A stretch of DNA of 62,738 nucleotides, filler included, from Ionaspis alba (GCA_964255285.1; 8 parts of 8 records of this genome joined end to end with filler, not necessarily neighbours in it), one strand, 5' to 3'; shown: positions 12,438 to 25,458, numbered from the whole stretch's first letter. Numbers and translations: made by a program. Notes: a model not told the origin generated them from the letters alone.

Positions 12438-14038
12438 ATGGCATCTCTAGACTCCTCAAAGCAGCCTTGGTCAGCAGGCTTGACCTTCTTCTTGATCTAC
12501 TTGTCATTAATCACAACCATTGGCCCGCTACAATTCGGATACCATCTGGTAAGGAACCCCAGGAAATGCTCCCCAAATAGCACCTCGCTAACGCAATGCT
12601 CCTCCTACCAGGCAGAGCTCAACGCCCCCGAAGCTGTCCTACGTTGTCTCAAGTATGAAAATCCCAATGCCGATGTCCATACTTTCTCGGACGAATCTCG
12701 ACTTCCGCAATGCATTCCCATGACAGATGCTCAATTTGCCTTCGTCTCGAGCGTCTACACAGTCGGCGGCCTCATCGGAGCACTCGCTGCAGGGCCTCTG
12801 TCAACGCACAAAGGTCGTCTTTGGCCCTTGCGCTTGACTACAATCCTCCATACTCTTGGCCCTTTACTCTCTGCTCTTGCGCCATCGATGATTGTGATGG
12901 CTTTGGGTCGTTTCCTTTCTGGATTGGGCTCTGGCGCTTCTCTGGTAGTGGTACCAATTTATATCTCTGAGATTGCACCGTATAGATACAAAGGGCTTTT
13001 TGGAGCTTTGACACAGGTCATGATTAATTTGGGAATTCTGATTGCTTCGCTGTTGGGCTATTTCTTGAGTTATGGGAGTGTGTGGAGGGTTATTCTGGCC
13101 GTTGCTGGAGGTATAGGTGGTGTGCAATTTTTGGGTCTGATTTTTGTGGTGGAGAGTCCGAAATGGCTGGCCATTAATGGAGAGGTTGGAAAGGCCAAGC
13201 AGATAATGGCTAGAATAAGGGGGAAGGATAAATTTGAGGACGATGTCGAAGAATCAGGGACTTCGGAGGAAGGCCAAGGTACGCTTAACCGGAATGTCAA
13301 TTCTCGACTTCAACTGACATACTGGCAGACGAATATGACTCCCTCCTGGGCAGGTCCGATTCTCATTCTACCCGGCCTCAAAAGAGTCATGAAGCTCCTC
13401 TTGGTATCCTGAACGTCCTCATTCATCCTCACCACTACAAGGCCATCATCGCAGTCGCCAGCGTCATGCTCGCTCAGCAGCTCTGTGGTATCAACAGCGT
13501 CATTATGTACTCAGTATCCTTCCTCCGTGCCCTTCTCCCAACTACCGCTGGCCTTATCAACGTCGGCGTTGGTGTCCTTAATTTTGTGGTCACGATAGCT
13601 TGTGCACCATTGTCTGATAAGATCGGAAGGAAAACGTGCCTTCTCCTGTCTATCGCAGGAATGGGGACAAACGCTTTCATATTAGCATTTGGTATTCTTT
13701 TCGAAGTCAAGGTACTATCGGCCATCGCGACGCTCCTCTTCGTCGCCAGTTTCGCCGTTGGACTCGGCCCTGTCCCCTTTACCTTGTCAACAGAGCTTGT
13801 TGGCCCGGAAGCTGTTGGAGCAACTCAGAGCTGGGCTCTGGGAGCGAATTGGATCGCAACGTTTCTGGTCGCGCAGTTTTTTCCCATATTGAATCATGTG
13901 TTGGATCACGGAAGAGTCTTTTTTGTGTTCACGGCCATCGCTGCCGCTTTCTTTGCCTTCATAGCGTGGTGGCTACCGGAGACAAGGGGAAAGAAGGATG
14001 CGGATGAGGTTTGGGGCAGGGAGAGGAGAGAGGACTAG
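12438..14038 (+). CDS. MFS sugar porter (GLUT-like; resembles the yeast Vps73/YBR241C group)
   Basis: LQFGYHLAELNAP, GRFLSGLGSGASLVVVPIYISEIAP, VESPKWL, AQQLCGINSVIMYS, FAVGLGPVPF, LPETRGK. Two introns. Confidence 0.9.
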
Positions 14039-14492
14039 TTTATACCCAGTATCACGGATGACAGTTATTATCTAGGACCCTGTGTCTTATGAAGTGCATT
14101 TGTATGCTGAACTATGCCAAGATTTGCGAAGTGCTAGCGTGATCTTATGTTCGAGACTCGATATGACCCCTTTTGTACTTCATTAAATAGTCGCGTCAAC
14201 CAATCTCACCCAGTCGGGAGATCCTGCCTCCCAGGTGGTACTCTCTGCAATCAAGTTATTGCAATTGTCTCTGATTGGTACAAATGCACCTGTGAACAAT
14301 TCGTGGTGTGAGCTATCAATTCGTGCCGTGGTGTTGTCCATGTTCAAAGCTCTCATTCAATCATCCACTCTTTGCACAATATCCCTGGATCATTGAGACC
14401 TACTTCGCACGTGTTCCATACGACTGATACCCTTGGGATGAAAAGACAACAAATAATTTAATTAAGCCTGGAGTAAGAGACACGACACAGGC

Positions 14493-15667
14493 ATGAGCTT
14501 CGCACCTCCCATCTCAAAGGATGGGTTCTACTACAATGGTGATCTCTACGTCGAAGTCGGTGACCTGAACAGACACAAACGAGCACCCGTTCCCGAGCTG
14601 AGAGCTATCCTCCGCCCCGACCTCAAACAGAGCAAAGCAGCAGGCCCACCCCAAAACAAAGACCCTGTTGGCCATTGGTACGAAGCACAGCTTATACATT
14701 ATGGACTACCGCCATCTAAGACGAAAGCTGTGGCTAAGGTGCGATTACTCGAGGCATTGAACGCAAACAAGTTAGCTGTACCGGCATGGATAACAAAGTT
14801 GGAGGAGGGGCTTCGCAAGGAATTCAGTGCTGCGGAAAGGAAGGCAAAGTCTCTATACAAAGCTGGACTGGCAGAGGGACCCCCAGCTATTGCAGGCCCT
14901 TCGAGTGCGGCTGGGAGTAAGAAGCGGACACAGTCAGATTCCTTTGCTGTCAACGTCAATGTCAACATCAGCGGTTATCCTGGATCCTCGGGTGGGATGC
15001 CTCCGGTCATGAGTGGAGTAGGGATTGTGGAAGGTCCACCAGCAAAGAAGGCAAAAACAGCTGCGGCAAAAGCGACAAAGGATGAGGCTGCGACTCCGAA
15101 AAAGACTTCGATCAAGAAGAAGGAGGCTGTGGCTGGGAACAAGACAAGTTCTCTGGCAACTAAGCCCACTGTCAAGAAACCATCTGTAGGCGAGACATCG
15201 AAGAAGTCCGCAGCGTCACAGACCCCAGTTAGTAAGGCTGACCCAACGAAGAAGCAACCTACCGCAAAGAAGGAGGTCACCAAGAAAGAACCACTGGCAA
15301 AGAAAGAGCCAGTAGCGAAGAAGGAGCCCAATGTGAAAAAGGAACCAGTTGTCAAAAAAGAATCTACCACGAAAATGCAAACTGCCGTCAAAAAGGAGTC
15401 TACAGTCAAACCCGAGCCTGCGGTAAAAAAGGAAGCTAAGGTCAAAAAGGAACCTGCTATGAAGAAAGAAGCAACAATCAAGAAGGAGCCCCTAATCAAG
15501 AAAGAGCCTAGAGTAAAGAAGGAGCCAGCCATCCAGAGCGAGTCCTCTCCCCAAAACCCTCTCACTCCAGAAAAACAATATGCTAGAAAATCGGAACCCT
15601 TCTCATCTCCCCGCCCAGCCCTCGGCCTCATCAACGGCATCTACGAAATCGACTGTCCCTACATCAC
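14493..15667 (+). CDS. Hypothetical fungal protein with Lys/Glu-rich hexapeptide repeats, 3' truncated
   Basis: Open frame of about 390 codons to the scaffold edge. Globular-looking N-terminus (DPVGHWYEAQLIHYGLPPSKTKAVAKVRLL), central xxKKEP repeats, and the start of a further domain (LGLINGIYEIDCP). Confidence 0.75.
15249..15530 (+). repeat. Degenerate 18-bp coding tandem repeat (about 15 xxKKE[P/S/A] units)
   Basis: KKEVTKKEPLAKKEPVAKKEPNVKKEPVVKKES...AVKKESTVKPEPAVKKEAKVKKEPAMKKEATIKKEPLIKKEPRVKKEP. Confidence 0.85.
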
Positions 15668-15767
15668 NNNNNNNNNNNNNNNNNNNNNNNNNNNNNNNNN
15701 NNNNNNNNNNNTTAATTAATTAANNNNNNNNNNNNNNNNNNNNNNNNNNNNNNNNNNNNNNNNNNNN

Positions 15768-17798
15768 GCATCTTCCTCCTTGACACCCAGTCCTGACATC
15801 CCCAGCACCAACAGCTTCTATTCCACGAACGTAAATCCTCCCACCACGGACTCACTGAGCGGTCCAGAGCCCACATCAATAAGTTCGACGCCTACTCCAC
15901 GCCGACCCGTTCAGCGCCTCTCATCTCTCCGTGGCCGGCTCAATGCTGCTTCGTCTGCAAGTGCACCTGGCACTCGTCCTGCGGGCCTAAAGTTTCAGCC
16001 CAAAAGCGTCGTTAGAAGGAGTAGGGAGGAAAGAGAAGCGCAAGAAAGGGCTGAAGAGGAGAGACGGCTTGAGAGGATACGGGCCAATGCTGCTATTGTC
16101 AATTATACAAGCCGGGGAGGGAGAGGTGGACGAGGAGGGTTTCGAGGAGGATTGAGTGGGTGGAAGGGTGAGCGGAGGGGAGGGAGTGCTACAGGATTCT
16201 TGGGGGGTAAAACAGTCGATGATGGAGGCTATAGGCGGAGAGGTGGAAGAACTGGAGCAGGTGGTGCTACACAGAGGAGTGCCGCGGAGGTAGGTCCTAT
16301 AGCGGGAGTAAAGAGGGAAACAGGAATTGCTGTGGATCATAATGTTAAGCACGACACCTCGTCCATGAACACCGCCGGGAGGAAAAAGACAGATCCAAAG
16401 GTTAAAAGAGAGGATAAATTGCCTTTGCGCATTCCTTCGGACGATGAAGATGAAGAGGACGGGCCTCGAATCAACATCGAGCACATCAATCTCATCAGCG
16501 ACGATGAAAGTGGAGACGATGAGCCCGCAACGAGTGCGACAGCTCAAGGCAAGCAGCGAGCAAAGTCACTCAAACCGCCTGGCTGGACACTGAAGCCCAT
16601 TCGTCTGGACAGGCAGCAGCACGTCGAGCGTTCTGTGGGTGTGAACACAGATGCATCTCTCACTTCGGCGCAGTTGCGGCAAAAGGCGAAGGAGAGAGCA
16701 GAAGCTGAGGGAACACTCTTCCTGTCTGGGGACGACGAGGAAGAGGCCGTGAAGGCAAAACCCAGGAGAATAGGTAAGAAAGGCAAAGATGTAGAGTTTG
16801 TACGCCATAATAGAAAATGGAAAGGTGTCTACCAAGACGATGACGACCAGGCGACTGATACTCCAGCCATCAAAACAGAGCCGGCAGACAATGACGAGGT
16901 TATGGTCCTGGATGCGGCTGAAGTACATGAGGACGCCACTGACGGGGACGGGCATATGGAAGAGTCATCTGCCTCTACAAAGCCCACCACTGGGAAATCA
17001 CGGAAGGACGCTAGAGGAGATGAGCTTTCCGCACCCGGAAAGCCCAAACGTCGCCGCAAACCACCTTTTCGCCCCACAAAACCCGTGCTACAAACACAAG
17101 AAGACCGCGAAGAATGGGCAAGATACGAAGACGACATCCATACTCTAGCTGAAGAACTAGGGTCCCTGGATACCGAGCCAATTTCCTCATTAAAACAGGC
17201 AGTAGACGCAGAAGGCGATGTCGCTATGGCCCAAACAGGCGAAGCGGAGCAGGAAGAAGAAGAAACGAAGGACCGCCGGCAGGGCCTGGTCTACCTGTTC
17301 CAAATGCCCCCGATTCTGCCAAACCTCCTCAGCTCTGCACCCGCCATGGACGTCAACGACACTGAGAACGGGACCGCCGATGGCAACGCAAACGCCCTCG
17401 ATGCCGCTGCCATGCCGCCCCCAGCTGCTCCAGAACTATCGCCGTCTCCTTCAGCGCCAAAAACGGCTGCGCCTGCTAAGAAAGCGCATCCCGCTATCAA
17501 GATCGAGGAAGAAGCCTCGAGGGTGGGAAAGGCCGCGAATGCTGTTATGGCGGAAGACAAGGCGAAGTTCGAAGGCCAGGTTGGGACTTTACGGGTTTAT
17601 GACTCGGGTGCTATTGGGCTTGGATGGGGAGGGACGGAGTTTGAGCTTGCGAGGGGTGGCGAGGGCGAGCTGCTTAGAGAGGTGGTGGTTACGGAGGTGG
17701 GTGGGGAGAAGAGAAGGGGAAGGACTGGAGCAAGTATGGGGCAGATTACTGGAGGATTTGTGGTTATGCCCTATTGGGAGGGGTTGTTTGCTGGGTGA
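15768..17798 (+). CDS. RPC53: RNA polymerase III subunit RPC4/C53, probably 5' truncated
   Basis: N-terminal LKFQPKSVVRRSREER block and RGG tract. C-terminal Rpc4 dimerisation domain VYLFQMPPILPNL...GQVGTLRVYDSGAIGLGWGGTEFEL...MGQITGGFVVMP. Confidence 0.85.
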   Translation, partial: ASSSLTPSPDIPSTNSFYSTNVNPPTTDSLSGPEPTSISSTPTPRRPVQRLSSLRGRLNAASSASAPGTRPAGLKFQPKSVVRRSREEREAQERAEEERRLERIRANAAIVNYTSRGGRGGRGGFRGGLSGWKGERRGGSATGFLGGKTVDDGGYRRRGGRTGAGGATQRSAAEVGPIAGVKRETGIAVDHNVKHDTSSMNTAGRKKTDPKVKREDKLPLRIPSDDEDEEDGPRINIEHINLISDDESGDDEPATSATAQGKQRAKSLKPPGWTLKPIRLDRQQHVERSVGVNTDASLTSAQLRQKAKERAEAEGTLFLSGDDEEEAVKAKPRRIGKKGKDVEFVRHNRKWKGVYQDDDDQATDTPAIKTEPADNDEVMVLDAAEVHEDATDGDGHMEESSASTKPTTGKSRKDARGDELSAPGKPKRRRKPPFRPTKPVLQTQEDREEWARYEDDIHTLAEELGSLDTEPISSLKQAVDAEGDVAMAQTGEAEQEEEETKDRRQGLVYLFQMPPILPNLLSSAPAMDVNDTENGTADGNANALDAAAMPPPAAPELSPSPSAPKTAAPAKKAHPAIKIEEEASRVGKAANAVMAEDKAKFEGQVGTLRVYDSGAIGLGWGGTEFELARGGEGELLREVVVTEVGGEKRRGRTGASMGQITGGFVVMPYWEGLFAG

Positions 17799-18029
17799 AG
17801 GAGGCTTTTTGCTGCCAGAAAAAGCTTTGTCAGAGCATTTGCTGAGCAAAGGTTTTGTTGCATAGCGGTGGCGTTTTGGGGGATTTCCCGCCCGGAGGGA
17901 TACCAGGCACAACATTTTTGCTCCAAATGAGACATATTTTGTGTATATACACTTCCGTTTAGTTTACTCTCATCCTATTTTTACATACCCTTCTCTATGA
18001 CGACCTTCGTGATGTTTTATTCATGCTCG

Positions 18030-19280
18030 TCACCGCAGTGCCATCATCCCCCCTTCCCCAAACTCTTTCCTTACACTCCCTTCCCGTCCCACCATGTTCC
18101 CCATCCACACTCTCGCGCCTTCTGCTTCCCGAGCAGCGAACTTGACAACTACGCACTCTCTGACTTTCGCGGCGCTCCAGATGATACCGTCAGCCTTTTC
18201 CCGCTTGATCCTCTCGGCTCTCCACTGTTCTCGCGACAGTTTTGTACTTTCAGATTTGGCATTACTGGCGCCCGTCTCATTACTGGGAAGACTGGCTTTT
18301 CTCGCATCGCCCCAGTCTCTGCCGCCAATCCTAGGCATCTTCTCGAATTCTTCGACGAAGAACTTTGCCAAGGGCTCTAGGACAGGGCCTAGCAGGATCA
18401 ATGTGCCAAATATCCCGAAACCGTCCACCTGGTTGCTGAGAGACTTCCCACTGGCAGGAGATGGCGGGGAGAGGTGGAGTGTGTCTCTTAGGAGTAATCT
18501 TCTCTCCACATTCACCTTCCCTGCTTCTCCATTGAATCCTTCTTCACCTGCCACTGTTGGTATTTTGTGGGCTTCATCAAGGCTCCACACCTCGTTCACA
18601 CCTCTCCAATCGCCAAATACCCAACTTTCGCCTCTCGCACGTCGACCTTCGGTCACCCAATCCAGCAGCCCTAAGCTAGCGCTAGGAGTCACATCGAAAG
18701 TCTGTCGCTGAACATAATGGCTTTCGATGAACGGCTGTGTGGGGTCTGGAGCAAGCCAGAGAGCGGAGTGGGCGTGGAGACGCGTGTGGAGGGTTTGGGA
18801 GGCTGTGAGAGGCTGCTGGGAAAACGGACGGGCGCGAGAAGGGGAAGATCCAGCAGACGATGAGCGGGAACAAATAGAGTCGGAAGGAGTAGTGGGAATT
18901 TCTGGAGGTGGTGGTGAAGGAAAGATCTTGGTACTGCCTTGAGTTGTGATTGTCAAGCGAGTGCAAGGGTCTAAGGTTAGGTCTAGAGATAGGGCGTCAG
19001 GTGGAAGGAGGCCGCCGCCATAGGAGAGGAGGAAGAGAAGGGGCACTTTGGTTGGACGAAGAGGTTGAAAAGTCCGTGGCGACTGTGAGGAGGACTCCGC
19101 CAAAGGTTTAGATGCGGCGATGGGCAATTGCGGCAGAATGTGTGGGTTTGACGGAAGAAGTTTCAAGGGATAGGTATAGCTTAGAGTGCTGAAGGTTGGA
19201 GTCGCTGGTGGGAGGAGCGATAGATGGACGACTCCGCGGCCAGATACAGACGAGGAGGCTGCGAAGGGTGAGGTGGGCAT
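18030..19280 (-). CDS. ureD: Urease accessory protein UreD (fungal Ure4 type), intronless
   Basis: YTYPLKLL, FLLSYGGGLLPPD, TITTQGSTKIF, PDPTQPF...YVQRQTF, LLDWVTEGRRARGESW, LLLRD. Likely start MPTSPF at 19280. Confidence 0.92.
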   Translation of the reverse strand: MPTSPFAASSSVSGRGVVHLSLLPPATPTFSTLSYTYPLKLLPSNPHILPQLPIAASKPLAESSSQSPRTFQPLRPTKVPLLFLLSYGGGLLPPDALSLDLTLDPCTRLTITTQGSTKIFPSPPPPEIPTTPSDSICSRSSSAGSSPSRARPFSQQPLTASQTLHTRLHAHSALWLAPDPTQPFIESHYVQRQTFDVTPSASLGLLDWVTEGRRARGESWVFGDWRGVNEVWSLDEAHKIPTVAGEEGFNGEAGKVNVERRLLLRDTLHLSPPSPASGKSLSNQVDGFGIFGTLILLGPVLEPLAKFFVEEFEKMPRIGGRDWGDARKASLPSNETGASNAKSESTKLSREQWRAERIKREKADGIIWSAAKVRECVVVKFAAREAEGARVWMGNMVGREGSVRKEFGEGGMMALR

Positions 19281-19693
19281 AATAGTATTGCCGATACTGA
19301 GATCCTGGCATTTATATATGGGATTAGGGCATGATGGATCATGTGCTCTCAAAAGAAGGATAAATCCACCGAGCCAATTTGTAGTCTACATGATTGTTGT
19401 CCCAGCATCAATATAACAATGAGGTCGAAGGGCAAGCTTACATTGAATAGACCTATGGCTACACCAGTAGAAGTGTGTTAATAGAAAGGGTGTACAATTA
19501 GGCGTGCCGGGTGCCAGGACTGGCGTCGACGCGCTTGCAAGCTAGCGCATCGAAATCGCGTACTGGGATGAGGGACGTTTTGTCTCGATAATCGCCCACC
19601 AAAACATACTCGGTGACAACTTCAACGCTTCCAAGTCCTTTCATTCTCACCATTCTTAATTACTCAATCTAGATGCCTGGCAGGATTACTGTC

Positions 19694-22600
19694 ATGCAGT
19701 ACTCGGAGCCGTCAACGCCCGCAACCATGGACGCGACAAATCGGCGCAAATCGGGGCGCGCTGTCCAGAAACCAGTCTTGTATCAACAAGATCCTAATCT
19801 CTCTATAGCTAGCAGTGGCAGCGGAAAGAGGAAGCGTGGACATGATGTGGGAGGAGACGATGTCGACGACGAGGAACCTCTAGCTGAGGAGAGCAGCCCA
19901 GACGAAGAGGACAGCGAACCCGATGAGGAAGAGTTGAAGGAACAGAGAAAGCGCGCTGCAAGGGGCAAGAAGACACAAAGCAGACCAGCTACAAAGAAGG
20001 CAAAGACCGGGGGCGATGGAACGGTCAAGCTGGCAATGCGACCGGCGACGAATGGCATCAGGAGGGCTACGAAACCAAAAGCAGCACGTGCAAGGAAGAA
20101 AATTGGTGGTTTTGATGATGATAGTCTTTATGGTAACAACTTCGCTTTAGAGACTGTTCGATGCTTGAGCACTGACCTAGTCCAGCCGAAGTATTTTCCT
20201 CGGACCAGTCCGTTAAGAAGGTTGCCTCCGATTGGATAAAGAGGTACGATGACCATAACGCAAATGCTATGTGCGAATTAGTCAATTTTGTCCTCAGATG
20301 CACGGGGTGCGATCTGCAGGTTGATGTGAACGACATCGAAGATCCAGACAATGTCCCTAGCAAGCTTACAGATCTTCAAGACGAGTACCAAGCGCAGAAG
20401 ATAACGGATTACCCATTGATATCAAAAGCCAAAGGCAGTTTATTTTCACGAGCTGGGATGACAGGATTCTTTCATGGCTTGATAGAGGCTGGACATACTT
20501 CGGGCTTCCTGTATACCGATTTGGCTCTGATAGAAAACATCCAAATCTGGATTACGACAATGTCTTCGTCGGCAGTTCGACCATTCAGGCATACTGCTAC
20601 AGTAATAGCACTTTCGATAGCGACTGCAATATGTGATATCGTGAAGAACATCGTCGAGAGCATGGCTACCACAATGAGGCAAAAGGAAGGAGAGCAGAAG
20701 AGAAAGACTGTCAACAAAGGAAGGGTTGCCGATCTAAAAGCAAAGCTTGACGAGAACGAGAAGAAAAAAGCGTCAGCTGAAGGCTGGCTGAGAGATGTAT
20801 TTGATACTGTATTCATTCACCGCTACCGAGATGTGGATCCCAAGATACGGGTCGATTGTTCCGCGGCCTTGGGAAATTGGATATCTACATGTCCGGATAT
20901 CTTTTTCGAAGGTCAATACTTACGATACTTGGGCTGGGTCTTATCAGATACGTCTGCACCAACGAGAGCTGAAGTGGTCAAGCAGCTCTTGAGGCTTTAT
21001 AAGAACAAGGACAATGTTGGTAGACTACGAGCATTCACAGACCGGTTTCGACCAAGAATGGTCGAGATGGCTACTCAAGACTCGGAGCCTGGCATTAGAG
21101 CCTCTGCTGTGGAGCTTCTCGATGTCATCCGGGAGATAGGACTTCTTGCACCCAATGACATAGATACTGTCGGTCAACTCATCTTTGATGCGGAGCCTCG
21201 CGTGCGAAAAGCCGTTGCAGGATTCTTTGCCGAGAACATTTCAGATTTGTTTGAAAGCACTGTTGAAGAGCTGGGTGGGGAAGATGGACTCGATGAAGCC
21301 ATTGGTGAGGAGATTGAGAGCGACTATGACAACCCTCGAAAAGCATGGCTAAAGTTCAAATGCCTTGCAGAGGTTCTGCAATCATATGACACTGAAAACG
21401 GCGATGAGGAATTCCAGACACAGGAAGCACGTGGTTCAGATACGTTGGTCGCAACACCTCTGGATTCCAGATATTTCGTAGCGGCTCAGTCAATATGTGA
21501 AGCGATGCCAGAAGTGAAGGATTGGGAAGTATTGGCAGGATACCTACTTTACGATCATTCGGTTACCCTACAGGACAGCAATAATGACGATGCGCAGACA
21601 GCCTTCAGAATCCGATGCCAGCTTCGCGATAGGGAAGAGAGGCTGTTACTTGAGATATTGAATGCAGCTGTCAAGTTACGGCTCACCGAGGCCATATCGT
21701 CAGAGACAGACAAAAAGGGCAAAAGATCAAAGGCTCGGACGGACGAATCCAGAGAAATACAAGANNNNNNNNNNNNNNNNNNNNNNNNNNNNNNNNNNNN
21801 NNNNNNNNNNNNNNNNNNNNNNNNNNNNNNNNNNNNNNNNNNNNNNNNNNNNNNNNNNNNNNNNGACCTCGATGAAGTTACAGAAAGCAAGATGCAGGAG
21901 CTCTGGGATGATACCACTGGCGCTCTAAGACAACTCGCCAATGCCAAAGTCCCTAGTCTGATCGCGCTTTCCAACACTGTTCATCGCATTTCTAGCCTGG
22001 CTGGAATATCTAACTGTGTCGACGTGTTCGAAGCTGAACCCCGATCGACAGCTAAAGGAGCTGCGAAAAACACAACGACAAGAGTGGTAGATATCTTGCT
22101 TGAGCTGATCCGTGCCTGTGGCAGTGATGATGATCCAGATGCCGAACCCCTTGTCCTCAATGCAATGAAGGCAATGCTTTTCTACTACATGTGGATGGCG
22201 AGCTCCCTTCGAACAAAGATCGAGGCCAACGAGACCTTCGAAGATGTCCCAGACTATGAAGGCTTCACTGCCATTCTCCTAGAGCTCATCGACTCAAGGC
22301 CAAAGGTTGATGAGATTCGTCTGACAGCGATCGGCAACCTTTTGGATCTGTACACCCTCTTCGCAACCTTCAAGCATTCGAAAGCGGCATCCAGTGGCAA
22401 ACAAGACGATGGCTCCCACAGCAACGCGATCGCCGCATTAGCCCGAGAGATGCCTCTCAAGGTGCAGGAATCCATCACTTCTTCTTTCGTCACCATGGAA
22501 CGGATATTTGCCAAGAAATCAAAGAGGACGTTGGAATCTGCGTCCGATGATGATCCACCCGAAGACCCGGAGTCCGAGCCTGAAGACTCCTCCGATGAGG

Positions 22601-23094
22601 AAGACGACGACGACGAAGACGAGCAAGCTCGCCGATCAAGGCACCGTAAGCAGGAACTTCTCCTTTACGAAAAGCGTCTCTGCGAACTCACTGGCAAGAT
22701 CGTCCTGGCCATTGTCGGCCGTGTGCTTGATTCTTCAGGTCCTAAGAAGGGCAGTCTTCGGAAGAGGCTGCTCAGGAACAAGAGCAGGCTCGGTGCCAAC
22801 TTCAAAGAGGTGGTCGGATACCTGGATGAGCCAAAGCCAAAGAAATCGCACAAGGCGAAGGCGAAGACGCCGGTGAAGGGTCCTACGAAGGCGAAAGGAG
22901 GGGAAAAATCGAAAGAGTTGGTCGATGTGGAGGACGATGAGGATGAGGAGGTAGAGGAGGTTGAGGAGGGTGGGGAGGAGGATTTACGGCGGAGGGAGTT
23001 GGTGAGTGGAGGTGTGGAGGAGAGTGGTGGTGAGGAGCACGCAAGGGAGCAGGGCGGGGAGGAGGTAGAGGATGATGATGTTATGGGAGATTGA
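19694..23094 (+). CDS. SCC3: Cohesin subunit Scc3/Psc3/IRR1 (STAG domain), interrupted by an N gap
   Basis: RPFRHTAT, VFIHRYRDVDPKIRVDC...LGNWI...FFEGQYLRYLGWVLSD, FTDRFRPRMVEMA. One intron near 20133-20185. Acidic tail. Confidence 0.95.
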
Positions 23095-23647
23095 GCTTTG
23101 GCATGAGTAACTGGGATGTACAGCATGGTGTCGAGGGCGGCACTGGATGGGCTGGATATGATCGGGACCTTATTGTGATGGGGCATTGCTCGGTTGTCCG
23201 GTTAGTAGGATAAGGCGTTCGTGCAAGTAGGAGGCTTGCTTTAGGGTTTCGGCCTGTTGCATGCTTGATTAGGCTAGGCGCACTATGTATGAAGTATCAG
23301 GGTAGATGAAAGGCACGTTGATCATTCATTGGGCTCTTTAAGCTTTAGAGTTTGTACTGGAAGTCGTCGTAGTGAGACGGTATTGATTCCAACCATGGTC
23401 GTGCCTTCTGTTTTGGATAGGGTTTCCAGCGGACCATGAGGTTATTTCAACCACCATTTTCGAGGCTTACTCGATATCATGACATCTCACAAGTCACTAA
23501 TGCTCAACAAAGGCTATGCTTGACTTATTCGAGCAGTGGGAACATGTNNNNNNNNNNNNNNNNNNNNNNNNNNNNNNNNNNNNNNNNNNNNTTAATTAAT
23601 TAANNNNNNNNNNNNNNNNNNNNNNNNNNNNNNNNNNNNNNNNNNNN

Positions 23648-23749
23648 GTGGAGGTTAGGGTTGAGGGGGGGAGGGATGAGAGTGAGAAGAGGAAGGCGAC
23701 GCTGCTGGTGCTTACTAATGCGGAGAAGAGGAAGAGTTCGATGTTTTAG
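23648..23749 (+). CDS. Possible C-terminal fragment of an unidentified gene
   Basis: Open from the scaffold edge: VEVRVEGGRDESEKRKATLLVLTNAEKRKSSMF*, with G-rich codon usage like other 3' gene ends in the window. No family recognised. Confidence 0.3.
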   Translation: MEVRVEGGRDESEKRKATLLVLTNAEKRKSSMF

Positions 23750-25458
23750 GTGGATTTGACGTGTGGAGGGCTTGGGTTAAGCTGAGTGGTGGTCCCTGGC
23801 GAATTGGGTTTTATGGATCAGGTTTCTTGATGGGTTGCATGCTCGACATTGCTCTGCACGATATCAGCTCGATCGGTCGCTACCTCTTATTCAATCGACA
23901 TCTATCCGACCTCTTGGTGCCTTACGACCTTATTTCGACCTTTTCAACCCTTGTGTGCCAGTCCTTACAGTACAAAATGTTTAATGCACCAATCAGTTTT
24001 CACTTCTTCTCCGGCAATCGCGGGCTAGGCTTGTGGTCGTTGGACTTACGTCCTGGATAGCACAAAGCTGCATCTAGGCACTTTTTCCATCCGGTGGCTT
24101 GTGGTTGTTCATGACCGCTTCCCACCTTTTTCTCATTCTCACACTCATTTCACGGTATTCTCGATACAGAATGTTTAAAGATTGCTGGACGCTACTTGCA
24201 CCAAGATGCGGTGCGTCGTTAGGCTTTTCGATGCAGCAAGGAACAAGATTTTATGACTTGAGAATTGTGTGGGTATTGGCGTGATAGTTCGGGGGTGGTT
24301 TTGCTGTTGTGGTCGTGGTGGTTGGTGTTGTGCTTTGGAGAGGAAGGGAATCTACATAGCTAGAGAGACAATGCAATACTTACAGACATGCATTCGTTCT
24401 GTGTATCACTTGGCTTCACTTGTAGCTGCACCAAGCATCTTTGTTCCTACCAGCTTTACTCCGTAAAGCGCATATTGTCCGGCTCCAGAAACTAGTATCT
24501 GCCTGAACGAGCCACCCAATTATTTCATCCCAGATAGGGACTTGTTTCTAGATTATATAGATTTATGCAGCAGATCCTAGCTTCGCATCCACGAGCCGCA
24601 GGAATGTCTTTGTACGTTTGCGCCTCGAACAATCGAATTTCCAATCTGCCATACCCATTTGCCCATAATTCCGAATATAGAACACGCATCGAAATTTTCC
24701 TCTTCATGCGCAAGCTAGTTGCCACCAAACGCATCAGTCCTGATAACGCATCCCTATCACCTATTCCCGAATCCACATCAAGCTATCGGAAAGGATAATC
24801 CAGATAGAAGCAATCAATCAGTGTGTTCCACTACTATCTGCTTACTTCTTATGCTCCACCATAACTCTGCCCCTTCAACCAGTTAGATATCGGTAGACAG
24901 AGCCGACGTCAGGCCGAGCGGATGTTGGACCGCCACTAAAAAGGGAGAACCTCAATTCGGATCATCAGCAGTAAATGCTAGTGGGATTGACGACATGCTT
25001 TAGTTCTGCGTTACGGTGGCTCTTTCCGGATCGCAGACTGCTACGATCATGGATGCTGGGGACGTAGAGCGGAGCACTTGGGGCAACGTAACGTCTTTCG
25101 TTCTCGCATCAATCACCACCCACGCACTGACGGTTGTATAATTTCTGTGTGTATCCATTGCTATGTTTTGGCTCTTATTTCGAGTGCTGTTTCTCCTTGA
25201 CTTGTATTAACTACTACTGGAAACTTTGCTAGTGACTGATTGTTGTATTTTCTGCGGGCTTGCTTTTTGGCTGTTGTTTTATCTCGTTGTCGCCTCTCAT
25301 ATTCAGAGCGTATCGTAATCTTGGCTTTGCATTCCTCGTGGGCACATCAATGGAATTTGGCTTGGCATGACGATCGACCCTTATTTTTGCACTACAAAGT
25401 CTTATACCATATCTCCCGATTAACCTGGTTTTCTTCCAGACCAATGCTCTCGGTCAAC

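Noticed and set aside
23651..23665. Telomere-like GGTTAGGGTT at a scaffold start (similar GGTTAGGGTC near 39364)
   Set aside because: Single units within G-rich sequence, with no tandem TTAGGG array.
25240..25458. 73-aa N-terminal extension of PRM10 from a TTG start
   Set aside because: Non-ATG start, and the stretch contains a branch/acceptor signal (TTAAC...TTCCAG at ~25439), so it is more likely a 5' UTR intron.
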